Below the pieces are notes generated by a model that saw only the letters and a list, made by a program, of their open reading frames with translations, did no database searches and was not told where the DNA came from. 41,278 bases of DNA from a virus. Positions 1 through 8,078 of this stretch are shown here, in pieces. The DNA lies in IMG/VR virus record IMGVR_UViG_3300045988_142835, positions 1 to 41,278 of that record. One strand, written 5' to 3'. A program made the translations under genes and the position numbers. Position 1 is the stretch's first letter. The number at the start of each line of letters is the position of its first letter.

Positions 1-55
1 TCGGACGCATGTTCGACGCCCTCACTCGCTATTCGGAGGATATGCGGGAGGGCCT
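1..55. repeat. Terminal direct repeat, copy 1 (contig circularisation overlap)
   Basis: tcggacgcatgttcgacgcc...gggagggcct is repeated exactly at 41224-41278. Confidence 0.95.
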
Positions 56-272
56 GACAACGCACGACGCCGATTCTCAGGCCAAGGAACACGCGCTGCA
101 CGCGAGGAAGGTCGCCAAGCCCGGCGACAAATACATTCTCGGGAAGCCCGCCGATCATTTGAAAATCGACATCACCATGGCTGACGTGCTCGCTCATGAG
201 GCGGCGTCGGACATGCGGGCTCTCGGCTGGGATCCGTCCGACACGGGCGGAATCGTCACGTTTTCTTGGTGA
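1..272 (+). CDS. terL: Terminase large subunit, C-terminal part (wraps from 41278)
   Basis: ORF 9..272 is in frame with the open frame running off the 3' end of the window. Stop TGA 270-272. Confidence 0.9.
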   Translation, partial: GRMFDALTRYSEDMREGLTTHDADSQAKEHALHARKVAKPGDKYILGKPADHLKIDITMADVLAHEAASDMRALGWDPSDTGGIVTFSW

Positions 273-1702
273 AAGGAGGGGCTTTGCCTGCTTTGAATGA
301 CGACGATCTGAAAAAGCTGAGGAAGGCTTTGGCTTTCCTCGCGGGGAAGTCCCCGGAGGATCGCAGCAACCGCCTCTACTACATGGGTAGGCAAGTTCTA
401 ACCCACATGGGACTTGCCGTCCCGGCGGCGATGCGTCAGCTCGAGGTGGTGATCAACTGGCCGCGCGTGGTCGTCGACACGATCGAGGAGCGGCAGGACG
501 TCAAGTCGATTCTTGTCCCGCAAGACGAGGGGGCGGCGGACACGCTGCGCCGCCTGTATGACGCGAACGACCTCGAATCTGAACTCTCCTCGTGGAAACG
601 CGACCGACTCATTTACGGGCGCGGCTTCCTTTCCGTCGGAGCGAACGAGGAGGACCCGTCGACGCCGATCCTCCAAGTCGAATCTCCCACACAAATGTGC
701 GTGAAGATCGACCGTCGCCACCGGCGCGTAGCCTACGCCGTGCGCCTCCTCAAGTCCGAAGAGATTGAGGAACCGGACATCGCGACCCTGTACACCCCGG
801 ACTATACGGTCATCGCTCGGAATCGCGGCGGAATCTGGACCGAGGAAGACCGCGACGACCACAAGCTCGGCGTCGTCCCCGTTTTCCCGTCTTTTAATCG
901 CCGCATGACCGGCGAATACGTCGGGCAAACAGAGATGGCAGACGTAATCCCGCTTACGGACGCCGCGCTGCGCACGATGACGAACCTCCAAGTGGCCGTG
1001 GAGGCCCTGGCTGTGCCTAAGCGTTGGATCTTCGGTATCAAGCAGGGCGACTTCGCCTCGCTTGACGGCTGGTTCAACTACCTTCAGCCGTTCCTCGCTC
1101 ACGCGAACGCCAACGCGAAGGCTGGACAGTTCGCCGCCGCCGATCTGAAGAATTTCCACTCGACGCTTGAGTCCTACGGGAAGTTGTGCGCTTCAGTGAC
1201 CGGGTTCCCGGCCCGCTATTTCGGCATGACCACGGCGAATCCCCCGGCGGAAGGCGCGATCATCGCCGAGGAAGCAAAGCTCATCAAGCGGGTTGAGCGC
1301 GTCAACGCCGAAGCTGGGATCGCGCTTTCGGCGGCGCTGCGCTTCGCTGCGAAGCTCGCCGGGAAAGACATCCCCGCCGGTTTCGTCAACATTAAATGGC
1401 ATGACCCAGCAACGCCGACGTACGCGCAGAAAGCCGACGCGGTGCAAAAGCTTTCCGGCGGCAAGCCGCTTCTCTCCCGTGAGGGGGCGTGGGACGAGCT
1501 CGGCTGGGACGACTCCCGCAAGGACCAGGAGCGCGAGTACTTCCGCGCTGAGGCCGAGGATCCCGCCCTCGATTCGATGATGGAGAAGCTAGCAAATGAC
1601 GAGGATACCGGCGGCGACGTCGCGGATGTACCGGTCGATGCTGAGCGTGCAGACCGAGCTAATGAGGGCGTTTCGGGGCCTGTGGGGCGGCGTCGCCGCT
1701 AA
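266..1702 (+). CDS. Portal protein
   Basis: 478-aa ORF directly after terL with SPP1-type portal-like size and sequence. Start uncertain: TTG 266, or TTG 284 just after AAAGGAGGGG at 272-281. Confidence 0.85.
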   Translation: MVKGGALPALNDDDLKKLRKALAFLAGKSPEDRSNRLYYMGRQVLTHMGLAVPAAMRQLEVVINWPRVVVDTIEERQDVKSILVPQDEGAADTLRRLYDANDLESELSSWKRDRLIYGRGFLSVGANEEDPSTPILQVESPTQMCVKIDRRHRRVAYAVRLLKSEEIEEPDIATLYTPDYTVIARNRGGIWTEEDRDDHKLGVVPVFPSFNRRMTGEYVGQTEMADVIPLTDAALRTMTNLQVAVEALAVPKRWIFGIKQGDFASLDGWFNYLQPFLAHANANAKAGQFAAADLKNFHSTLESYGKLCASVTGFPARYFGMTTANPPAEGAIIAEEAKLIKRVERVNAEAGIALSAALRFAAKLAGKDIPAGFVNIKWHDPATPTYAQKADAVQKLSGGKPLLSREGAWDELGWDDSRKDQEREYFRAEAEDPALDSMMEKLANDEDTGGDVADVPVDAERADRANEGVSGPVGRRRR

Positions 1703-2954
1703 CAGGCTCGAATCGTCGTGGGACGCTGCGCTCGACATCGCCGTCGCCCGTGCCGAGGAGGCTCAGGCGAAAGCCGCTCTGCTGGGGACGTCCTACGTCG
1801 CGGAATCGCTTGGCGAGCTTGGCGACTATGTGCCTCCGACGGCTTTCCCGACGGCCGCGCCGCTTGTCGGCGTCGCCCCGGACGGGCGGTCCCTGCGAGG
1901 GCTTCTCGAGACGCCCCGCTTTCACGCCGTGCGCGCTCTCGGGAACGGGCTGGGCGTGTCGGAAGCGCTTAGCCGAGGCAGGAACTCGCTCGACGTGATC
2001 GCACGGACGCTCGTCGCCGATACGGCGCGTCAAGCCGCGTCGATCGACGTCGCCGCCCGCCGCACGGTCGGCTACGTCCGCATGCTCAACCCGCCGTCGT
2101 GCTCACGCTGCACGATCCTCGCCGGGCGTTTCTACCGCTGGAACGCAGGGTTCCTCAGGCACCCGAGATGCGATTGCGTGCACGTCCCGGCGACGGAGAA
2201 GAGTGCTCGCGGCGGACGGGCCGAAGGGCTCATTTCTAACCCGTACGAGTATTTCGACTCGCTCAGCGAGGCAGAGCAGGCCCGCCAGTTCGGGAAAAAC
2301 TATGCTCAAGCTATCCGAGACGGCGCGGATATCTCTCAGGTGGTCAACTCGAAGCGTTGGCGGTCGGAGAATGGCATTTTCACGTCGGAGGGCATGGGGA
2401 AGCACGGGAACGCTCGGCGGCTTCTCAAGCCTGGACAGCGACGGCTGACGCCGGACGGGATCTACCGTCAGGCGCAGCGTTTCAATCTGTCCCGCGAGGA
2501 AACGCTCGGGCTGCTGCGCGAACACGGCTATGTTCTTCCCGGGGGCAGGAACCCTCTTGGCGCGATACGCGGTCAGCGTGAGGGTTTCGGAGCGCTCGGG
2601 CGTGGCGGATCTCGGAAGCGGGCGGCAGCTGCGGTGGAGGAAGCCCGCGCGCACGGCTGGCGTACCCCGTCGTCCGTGTACACGATGACCGCCGCCGAGC
2701 GGAGAGTGTTCGAGGCTATCCGCGATTGGGAAGAAGTTCAGGCCGGGCTGAACCCCTATACGGAGGCGGCTATACAGCGACGGCAGGGCGTCCGACCGTG
2801 GTCGGTGGACCGTCCCCTGAGGGACGTTGAACGCGTCCGCGCCGAGATCGAGTACCGTGCAGCCCTCGAGACGACGGGGGCCTCGTTCACTCCCGAAGGA
2901 CGCTCGCTCGCGGGCGCAAGAAAAGCATGGAACAAGGCTCTAAACGGGCGATAA
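1596..2954 (+). CDS. MuF-like minor capsid / head morphogenesis protein
   Basis: Follows the portal; conserved Cys cluster NPPSCSRC...HPRCDC typical of actinophage MuF-like proteins. True start is probably an internal ATG (1626-1661), which would reduce the overlap with the portal gene. Confidence 0.75.
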   Translation: MTRIPAATSRMYRSMLSVQTELMRAFRGLWGGVAANRLESSWDAALDIAVARAEEAQAKAALLGTSYVAESLGELGDYVPPTAFPTAAPLVGVAPDGRSLRGLLETPRFHAVRALGNGLGVSEALSRGRNSLDVIARTLVADTARQAASIDVAARRTVGYVRMLNPPSCSRCTILAGRFYRWNAGFLRHPRCDCVHVPATEKSARGGRAEGLISNPYEYFDSLSEAEQARQFGKNYAQAIRDGADISQVVNSKRWRSENGIFTSEGMGKHGNARRLLKPGQRRLTPDGIYRQAQRFNLSREETLGLLREHGYVLPGGRNPLGAIRGQREGFGALGRGGSRKRAAAAVEEARAHGWRTPSSVYTMTAAERRVFEAIRDWEEVQAGLNPYTEAAIQRRQGVRPWSVDRPLRDVERVRAEIEYRAALETTGASFTPEGRSLAGARKAWNKALNGR

Positions 2955-3026
2955 CGCCCACATTAAGCTTCCGCCTTAGCGCGATGCCAAGGACGGATCA
3001 ACCCTAGCGATTAGGAGACTAAAGTC

Positions 3027-3521
3027 ATGGACGGAAAGACAGAAGCCGCAGCTGCGGCGACGTCGGATGAAACTCTCGGCGAGGGCGGCAAGAAGGCCCT
3101 CAGCGCGGAGCGCGACGCCCGCAAAGCCGCAGAGAAGGCCCTCGCGGACATGCGAGGAGAATTCGAGGCATTCAAAGCCTCTATGAACGAGCAAATATCA
3201 AAACTCACGGAGGATCGCGACGCCTCAGCGCTGAAAGCCCTTCGGGGCGAGATCCTGCACGCGTCAGGAGTGCCTGACAGGCTCGCCGCCTACGTGCAGG
3301 GTAAGACCAAGGAGGAGCTGGAAGCCTCCGCGAAGCAAGTCCTCGCGGACTTCACGCCTCCCACACCGACGCCAAGCGGGCAGCAAGAGACGCCGCCCGC
3401 GCCGACTCCGCTCGGCATGCGCCCGGACATGACCCAAGGCAGCTCTTCGGATCTGCCGCTCAACGGCGACCCTCTCACTGAGGCGCTTACCGCCGCTCTC
3501 GGCATCACACAAACAAGCTAA
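3027..3521 (+). CDS. Capsid scaffolding protein
   Basis: 164 aa, charged coiled-coil N-terminus, Pro/Thr-rich linker, immediately upstream of the capsid gene. SD aggagac at 3011-3017. Confidence 0.75.
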   Translation: MDGKTEAAAAATSDETLGEGGKKALSAERDARKAAEKALADMRGEFEAFKASMNEQISKLTEDRDASALKALRGEILHASGVPDRLAAYVQGKTKEELEASAKQVLADFTPPTPTPSGQQETPPAPTPLGMRPDMTQGSSSDLPLNGDPLTEALTAALGITQTS

Positions 3522-3532
3522 GGAGAAAAACA

Positions 3533-4429
3533 ATGGCGATCACCGCCGCAAAGAAGACCACGGATTTTAGTGGTTTTATCAAGCCGGAAATGGCAAAGCC
3601 CATTTTCGATCAGGCTATCAGGCAGTCTGCTATCATGCAGCTTGCCCAGCAGGTCCCGCTCGGCGCGTCCGGCGTCGAGATCCCCGTGGTCACGACCAAG
3701 CCCACGGCGAACTGGACGGCTGAGGCGGGCAAGAAGCACACGACCCAGATGGATCTCGGGCTCGTCAAGATGCAGCCGAAGAAGCTCACCGCGATCGGCG
3801 TGACGTCGACGGAGGTCATTCGCGCCAACCCCGGCGGCTACTCGGAGAAGTTTCGTGAGCTTCTTTCCGAGGCTTTCGCCCGCGCGTTCGACTACGCGGC
3901 CGCTTTCAACGTCGGCGGCGACGGGACGGGCACCGGCCCCTTCGACCACTACCTCGAGGAGACGACGAAGAAGATCACGCTCGGCGCAGATCTTTACTCG
4001 GATTGCGTTTCCGCGATCGGACTTCTCGTCAACGACAAGAAGAAGGCACGTGGTTTCGCCTTCGACGACACGATGGAAGTAGACTTCCTGAACGCGAAGG
4101 ACAAGGAAGGACGCCCGCTGTTCGCGAATCCGGTCTATGACGAGACCGTGACGAGCGTCCAGAAGGGCCGCCTGCTCGGGCGCACGTCCTATATCGCTGA
4201 GGACTTCCGTCACGATAAGGTTGTCGGCTTTGTCGGCGACTGGTCGAAGGCGGCGTGGGGCGTCGTCGGCTCGGGCATCACCTTCGACGTCTCGACCGAG
4301 GCGACGGTCACGATCGGCAGCGAGCTTGTCTCCCTGTTCGAGAACAACCTTGTCGCGATCCGCGCCGAGGCAGAGTACGGATGGGTCATGCAGTCCGCCG
4401 ACCACTTCGCGAAGTTCGAGCGTGCATGA
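3533..4429 (+). CDS. Major capsid protein (HK97 fold, no delta domain)
   Basis: 298 aa after the scaffold gene; sequence typical of actinophage major capsid proteins. SD aaggag at 3520-3525. Confidence 0.9.
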   Translation: MAITAAKKTTDFSGFIKPEMAKPIFDQAIRQSAIMQLAQQVPLGASGVEIPVVTTKPTANWTAEAGKKHTTQMDLGLVKMQPKKLTAIGVTSTEVIRANPGGYSEKFRELLSEAFARAFDYAAAFNVGGDGTGTGPFDHYLEETTKKITLGADLYSDCVSAIGLLVNDKKKARGFAFDDTMEVDFLNAKDKEGRPLFANPVYDETVTSVQKGRLLGRTSYIAEDFRHDKVVGFVGDWSKAAWGVVGSGITFDVSTEATVTIGSELVSLFENNLVAIRAEAEYGWVMQSADHFAKFERA

Positions 4430-4611
4430 TGGCGATCGTGAGGGAACCCGTAGAAACGGTCGATCTTATCTCACCGTCCGGCTCGCTCGCGACCGTCGAC
4501 GCACGCATCGCCGAACAGTACCTCACGTCGGGCTGGACGCCCGCCGCCGGGTACGGCGAAAAGTCAGAAACGCCTGAAACGGCGGCGGACAAGGACAAAA
4601 AGACCAAGTAG
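4426..4611 (+). CDS. Small hypothetical head-associated protein (61 aa)
   Basis: ATGA start/stop overlap with the capsid gene. This is the C-terminal part of track ORF 4255..4611. Lys-rich tail. Confidence 0.5.
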   Translation: MMAIVREPVETVDLISPSGSLATVDARIAEQYLTSGWTPAAGYGEKSETPETAADKDKKTK

Positions 4612-4619
4612 GAGGAGCC

Positions 4620-5027
4620 ATGGCGCACGCAACCTTATATGACGTAACAGTCACCCTAGGGCGCGCTATTGAAGACACCTTCGAGCAAGAGCAAATTAAC
4701 GCCTGGCTCGCTGACGTCGAAATGTGCATCCGCGTGCGCCTTGGCAGCCTCGACGGGCTCGACGAGCAGGTCCTCCGCTTCGTTGAGAAAGAGGCGGTAG
4801 CCCGCCGATTCCGCAACCCCGAGGGCAAGACTTCGGAGAGGATCGACGACTTCTACCAGACTCTCTCGAGCGAGGCGGCGAAAGCGTCCCTATATATCAC
4901 GGACGAGGAATGGGAGATGCTGCGCCCCCGAGGCGTCAGCATTTCCCCGGCCCCGCTCACTCCACAGTGGTGGACGTCCGGCGGCCCGCTCACCGAGCCC
5001 GGCGCGACGATTGACGGCTTCGCATGA
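4620..5027 (+). CDS. Head-tail connector / adaptor protein
   Basis: 135 aa, first of four coupled small genes between the capsid and tail genes. SD aggagg at 4610-4615. Confidence 0.7.
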   Translation: MAHATLYDVTVTLGRAIEDTFEQEQINAWLADVEMCIRVRLGSLDGLDEQVLRFVEKEAVARRFRNPEGKTSERIDDFYQTLSSEAAKASLYITDEEWEMLRPRGVSISPAPLTPQWWTSGGPLTEPGATIDGFA

Positions 5028-5425
5028 TCCGCCGGACCGTGGAAAGCGGGCGACGCGCCGCCGAGAAGATCATGACCGCGACCGTGGAGGTCAGGCGCTA
5101 CACGGGGGAAACGACGATCGACCCGGACTCCCTGAAAGCCGTCCGCGCGCACTCCGTCGTCTACAAGGGCAAAGCGAAGATCGCCGCCTACGAGGCCTTC
5201 GAGTCGAAGCCGGATATCGCTGGCGCGGTAGTAACCGTAACCCGCCTCCGCGCCGACTTCCCCGTCGGCGCATTCAAGGCGCAGCCGGGCGACGAGATAC
5301 ACGTGATTGGAGACAAGATCGATCCGAACCTCGCCGGAAAGGTTGTGAGGATCGCCGTCCCGTCGCCGTACAAATCTCACGCGACGGCTTACCGCGTCGC
5401 CGTCGAGGAGGTCGCGCATGGTTGA
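5024..5425 (+). CDS. Head closure / head-tail joining protein
   Basis: 133 aa, ATGA overlap with the upstream gene. Assigned by position. Confidence 0.6.
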   Translation: MIRRTVESGRRAAEKIMTATVEVRRYTGETTIDPDSLKAVRAHSVVYKGKAKIAAYEAFESKPDIAGAVVTVTRLRADFPVGAFKAQPGDEIHVIGDKIDPNLAGKVVRIAVPSPYKSHATAYRVAVEEVAHG

Positions 5426-5795
5426 CGTCGATCTAACCGAGGTTCGCGAGCTCGCAGTGGTCTTTTCCCGTGTGCCAGACCGGCTGAACGAGAAAATCCG
5501 CCCGGCTATCAAAAAAGCCGGAGTGAACATCAAAAACCAGCTGCGCGACGAAATGGCGCGCTCACGTCATTTTCGGGCCGCCCCGTCGATAAGCTTCGAC
5601 GTGATCGACGGCGGGCTCGGCGTCGAAGTCGGCCCCCGCAAACAAGGCGCGGGCAACCTCGCGAACATCGCCTACTTCGGCGGCGTGCACGGCGGAGGCG
5701 CGACCGTGCCTGACCCGAAAGGCGCGCTCGAAACCGAGGCGCAGAATTTCGAGGATTGGGTAGGGAAAGCGATCGAAGGGCTTCTCAATGGATGA
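5418..5795 (+). CDS. HK97 gp10-like neck / tail completion protein
   Basis: 125 aa; sequence resembles the HK97 gp10 family (NIAYFGGVHGGG region); overlapping start. Confidence 0.65.
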   Translation: MVDVDLTEVRELAVVFSRVPDRLNEKIRPAIKKAGVNIKNQLRDEMARSRHFRAAPSISFDVIDGGLGVEVGPRKQGAGNLANIAYFGGVHGGGATVPDPKGALETEAQNFEDWVGKAIEGLLNG

Positions 5796-6186
5796 AATCA
5801 TTGCAGCGCTTCGCACGCTCGGCTACAAGGTGTGGGACACAGACGCTACAGGCGCAGACCTTAAGCTCGATTCCCTCCCCTACCTGCTGGTGCTCGGCTC
5901 TTCCGGGGAAGCGTCCCGTGAGCGAACCTACTGCGACCGGGACGCCGTCGACGAAATCACCGTCCGGCACGTGGGCGCTACACGGCAGCAAGTCGAAGCA
6001 CTCGCCGCACGGACAAGCCGAATCCTCGACCGCTCTCGCCTAACAGGAACCGGTTTGATCGTCGACGTCGTGCGCACACACGTGCGCGCCGCCGCGCATG
6101 ACCCGGAAGTCACAATACCGGGCACCTCCCAGCACCCGATATTCCTCGATCACGTCTACCAGGCGTGGACTCAAAAGACTAGATAG
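5788..6186 (+). CDS. Tail terminator-like protein
   Basis: 132 aa, the last connector gene before the major tail gene. Assigned by position. Confidence 0.55.
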   Translation: MDEIIAALRTLGYKVWDTDATGADLKLDSLPYLLVLGSSGEASRERTYCDRDAVDEITVRHVGATRQQVEALAARTSRILDRSRLTGTGLIVDVVRTHVRAAAHDPEVTIPGTSQHPIFLDHVYQAWTQKTR

Positions 6187-6195
6187 GAGGCGCAC

Positions 6196-6372
6196 GTGAT
6201 ACGCGTACGCAATAGCGCAGGGGATATTCAGTGGATCCCCGAGCACTGGCTCGATCATCCCGAGCTGAAGAAGGGCTTCACCCGTGAGGATGCGCCCGCC
6301 GAACCGACGTCCGGGCAGACCCCGGCGGCTCCCGCGCCGACGCCGTGGAGCGAACAGGAAAAGGAGGGCTGA
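6196..6372 (+). CDS. Small hypothetical protein (58 aa, below the ORF-track cutoff)
   Basis: GTG 6196 lies 5 nt after AGGAGG (6185-6190). Open to TGA 6370-6372; fills the gap before the major tail gene. Confidence 0.55.
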   Translation: MIRVRNSAGDIQWIPEHWLDHPELKKGFTREDAPAEPTSGQTPAAPAPTPWSEQEKEG

Positions 6373-6373
6373 A

Positions 6374-6880
6374 ATGCCTAAAGCACTCGCCGACGGGCGG
6401 ATTCTCCTTACGGCGCTAACCACGCCGCCGAAGGATATCAAGAACATCAAGCTTGAGGAGATTAAGGCAGGGAAAAAGATATCTTGCCGCATCCTCAAGT
6501 CTGACTATCAGCTGGGCGCGTCCGGCTCGGATACGGTGGAGGAAACCGAGCTGTGCAAGATCGGCAAGGGGCAAGCTGCCGGTCTGACAACGTACGAGGG
6601 GCAGCTGACGATTTTCCGCTACCTCGACAATGCGGGCAAGGCCGTGCAAGACGAAGACTTCGCTTTCGAGCTTTTCAAGGCGAAGGGCACGGAGCTCGTG
6701 CTCGTCGAGCGTGAGGGTCCCGAGGAGTCGAAGGAATGGGCGGAGGGCGACGAGTACTCCGCCTACCTCGTGACGACCGACGCGATGCAGAAGCCGTCGG
6801 ACCGCACGTCCGGCTATATCAAGCGGACGGTCCCCCTCAAGGTCTCGGACGCTGCCGAGGACCGCAAGATCGTGGCCTGA
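6374..6880 (+). CDS. Major tail protein
   Basis: ATG 6374 preceded by AAGGAGGG (6361-6368). The 168-aa product begins MPKALADGRILL. The 5' part of track ORF 6284..6880 is Arg-rich out-of-context sequence. Confidence 0.8.
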   Translation: MPKALADGRILLTALTTPPKDIKNIKLEEIKAGKKISCRILKSDYQLGASGSDTVEETELCKIGKGQAAGLTTYEGQLTIFRYLDNAGKAVQDEDFAFELFKAKGTELVLVEREGPEESKEWAEGDEYSAYLVTTDAMQKPSDRTSGYIKRTVPLKVSDAAEDRKIVA

Positions 6881-6892
6881 CGGGCCGCTTCC

Positions 6893-6938
6893 GGGTGCGG
6901 GCGAGTTTTTGTGTGTTCCCTCGCCTGCACCCATTTTC
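6893..6938 (+). terminator. Stem-loop after the major tail gene
   Basis: GGGTGCGGGCGAG (6893-6905) pairs with CTCGCCTGCACCC (6920-6932) with one mismatch, followed by ATTTTCC. Confidence 0.5.
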
Positions 6939-6976
6939 CGCCAGGAACACGCCACTTCACTTGAAAGGAACCACAC

Positions 6977-7501
6977 ATGATTGAAGACGAAATGAGCTTG
7001 GACGAGAAGACTCCCGCCGAGAAGGAATCGGATCTCGAAGAGCGCGCCCGCAGCTTTGACCTCGAAGCCTGGCTGAACGGTCTCTCGCGGCTCCGCCGGG
7101 CGGTCACGCTCTACAGCGACCTTGGCGCGAACGCCGAGCTCGACGTCCTACGCACGCGCGAGACGGAGCTTCGCGAGTCCGGCGCTTCCCGCGACGAGAT
7201 CGAAGAAGTCGCCGCCCGCCGCCGCCAAGTCGCCAAGCGCATCACCGACAGCGCCGTCGACGTCGTGCTCGAAGGGCGCTCCGCCGAGTGGCTGAACGAG
7301 ATGCAGCGCAAGGTCACGGCGGAAGGCAAAGATCCTACGGCTGGGCTGCTGGAGATCATCGCCGCGCAGATTGTTCAGCCCGAGGGGATCACCGCCGACG
7401 TTCTCGCCGTGATCAATGAGAAGTCGCCTGGGCAGATGGCGAACCTCATGAACCAGTGGAAGCAGCTGCAAACGGAGAGCGGCGTCGAGCTCCCTTTATA
7501 G
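6977..7501 (+). CDS. Tail assembly chaperone (gpG-like, zero-frame product)
   Basis: 174 aa, acidic, between the major tail protein and the tape measure. Confidence 0.8.
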   Translation: MIEDEMSLDEKTPAEKESDLEERARSFDLEAWLNGLSRLRRAVTLYSDLGANAELDVLRTRETELRESGASRDEIEEVAARRRQVAKRITDSAVDVVLEGRSAEWLNEMQRKVTAEGKDPTAGLLEIIAAQIVQPEGITADVLAVINEKSPGQMANLMNQWKQLQTESGVELPL

Positions 7502-7875
7502 CGATCGCCCTCGAACTTCCACGCTGGGGGTGGGTGCGTACAATCGTGGAGACGGCGCGGGAGTGGAAGGTCCCGCCCTCGACGATCTACGGCACCGGGA
7601 ACGGCGAGTGGACGGAGACGGACCGTTCGCTCGCCCTTGCCTACACGATGTACGAGAGGGCGCTCTGCCCGTGCGGTTGCGGTTTCCCGCGCCGCATCGC
7701 GCAGAATGACAATATCGACGGCTGGATAGAGGCCGAGGAAACTGTGTGCTACGTGCGCAAAGCCCTCGATCAATGGTCGGACGAGCACGCGAAGGACAAA
7801 GAGCCCGGCGTGCTTGTAGGTCCGATCGACACGAGGGACGAAAAGGACGTCGCCGAGGGGCGCGTGCCCGCCTAG
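6977..7875 (+). CDS. Tail assembly chaperone, -1 frameshift fusion (gpGT-like; 6977..7498 joined to 7498..7875)
   Basis: Slippery heptamer C CCT TTA (7492-7498) sits one codon before TAG. The -1 frame reads on as IAIALELPRWGW... to 7875. Confidence 0.75.
7492..7498 (+). promoter_or_regulatory. Programmed -1 ribosomal frameshift slippery site CCCTTTA
   Basis: X XXY YYZ pattern in the zero frame CTC CCT TTA TAG. Confidence 0.7.
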
Positions 7876-8045
7876 GCTCCCGTGAGGATCCCGGCGGCTA
7901 GGACGCCGACGAAGCCAAGGAAGCCGATCAGAGCCGCTATTTTCCAGAAGAAAATACGGCGGGCGCGCACCTCGTACGCCATGTACGCGGTCTGTTCATC
8001 CATCTTCGCTAGAAGCTGGTCAAGTTTGTCGTTGGTGAGTTCCAT
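7872..8045 (-). CDS. Small tail-anchored membrane protein (57 aa), reverse-oriented inside the tail module
   Basis: MELTNDKLDQLLAKMDEQTAYMAYEVRARRIFFWKIAALIGFLGFVGVLAAGILTGA. This is the last 57 codons of track ORF 7872..8687. High GC3; occupies the chaperone-tape measure gap; one C-terminal TM helix. Confidence 0.6.
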   Translation of the reverse strand: MELTNDKLDQLLAKMDEQTAYMAYEVRARRIFFWKIAALIGFLGFVGVLAAGILTGA

Positions 8046-8051
8046 GTGCGG

Positions 8052-8060
8052 AGCATACCA
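8052..8060 (-). promoter_or_regulatory. Extended -10 promoter candidate (TGgTATGCT) for the reverse small gene
   Basis: On the minus strand, TGGTATGCT ends 6 nt before the ATG. There is no SD, which is consistent with a leaderless mRNA. Confidence 0.35.
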
Positions 8061-8078
8061 CGGTTTGGGGGTGCCAAA

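Noticed and set aside
2200-2954. C-terminal 250 aa of the MuF-like protein as a fused polymorphic-toxin domain
   Set aside because: MuF proteins sometimes carry toxin domains, but I see no recognisable catalytic motif here. The extension resembles the usual C-terminal region of actinophage MuF-like proteins, so I cannot support the claim without a profile search.
3518-4405. 295-aa minus-strand ORF antisense to the major capsid gene, and similar long antisense or alternate-frame ORFs (for example 8219..9019, 14420..15190, 20046..20930, 29474..30391, 39822..40697)
   Set aside because: These are typical high-GC shadow ORFs. They have Arg/Pro/Gly-rich translations and no SD sites, and they fully overlap genes with clear homology-like motifs on the other strand or frame.
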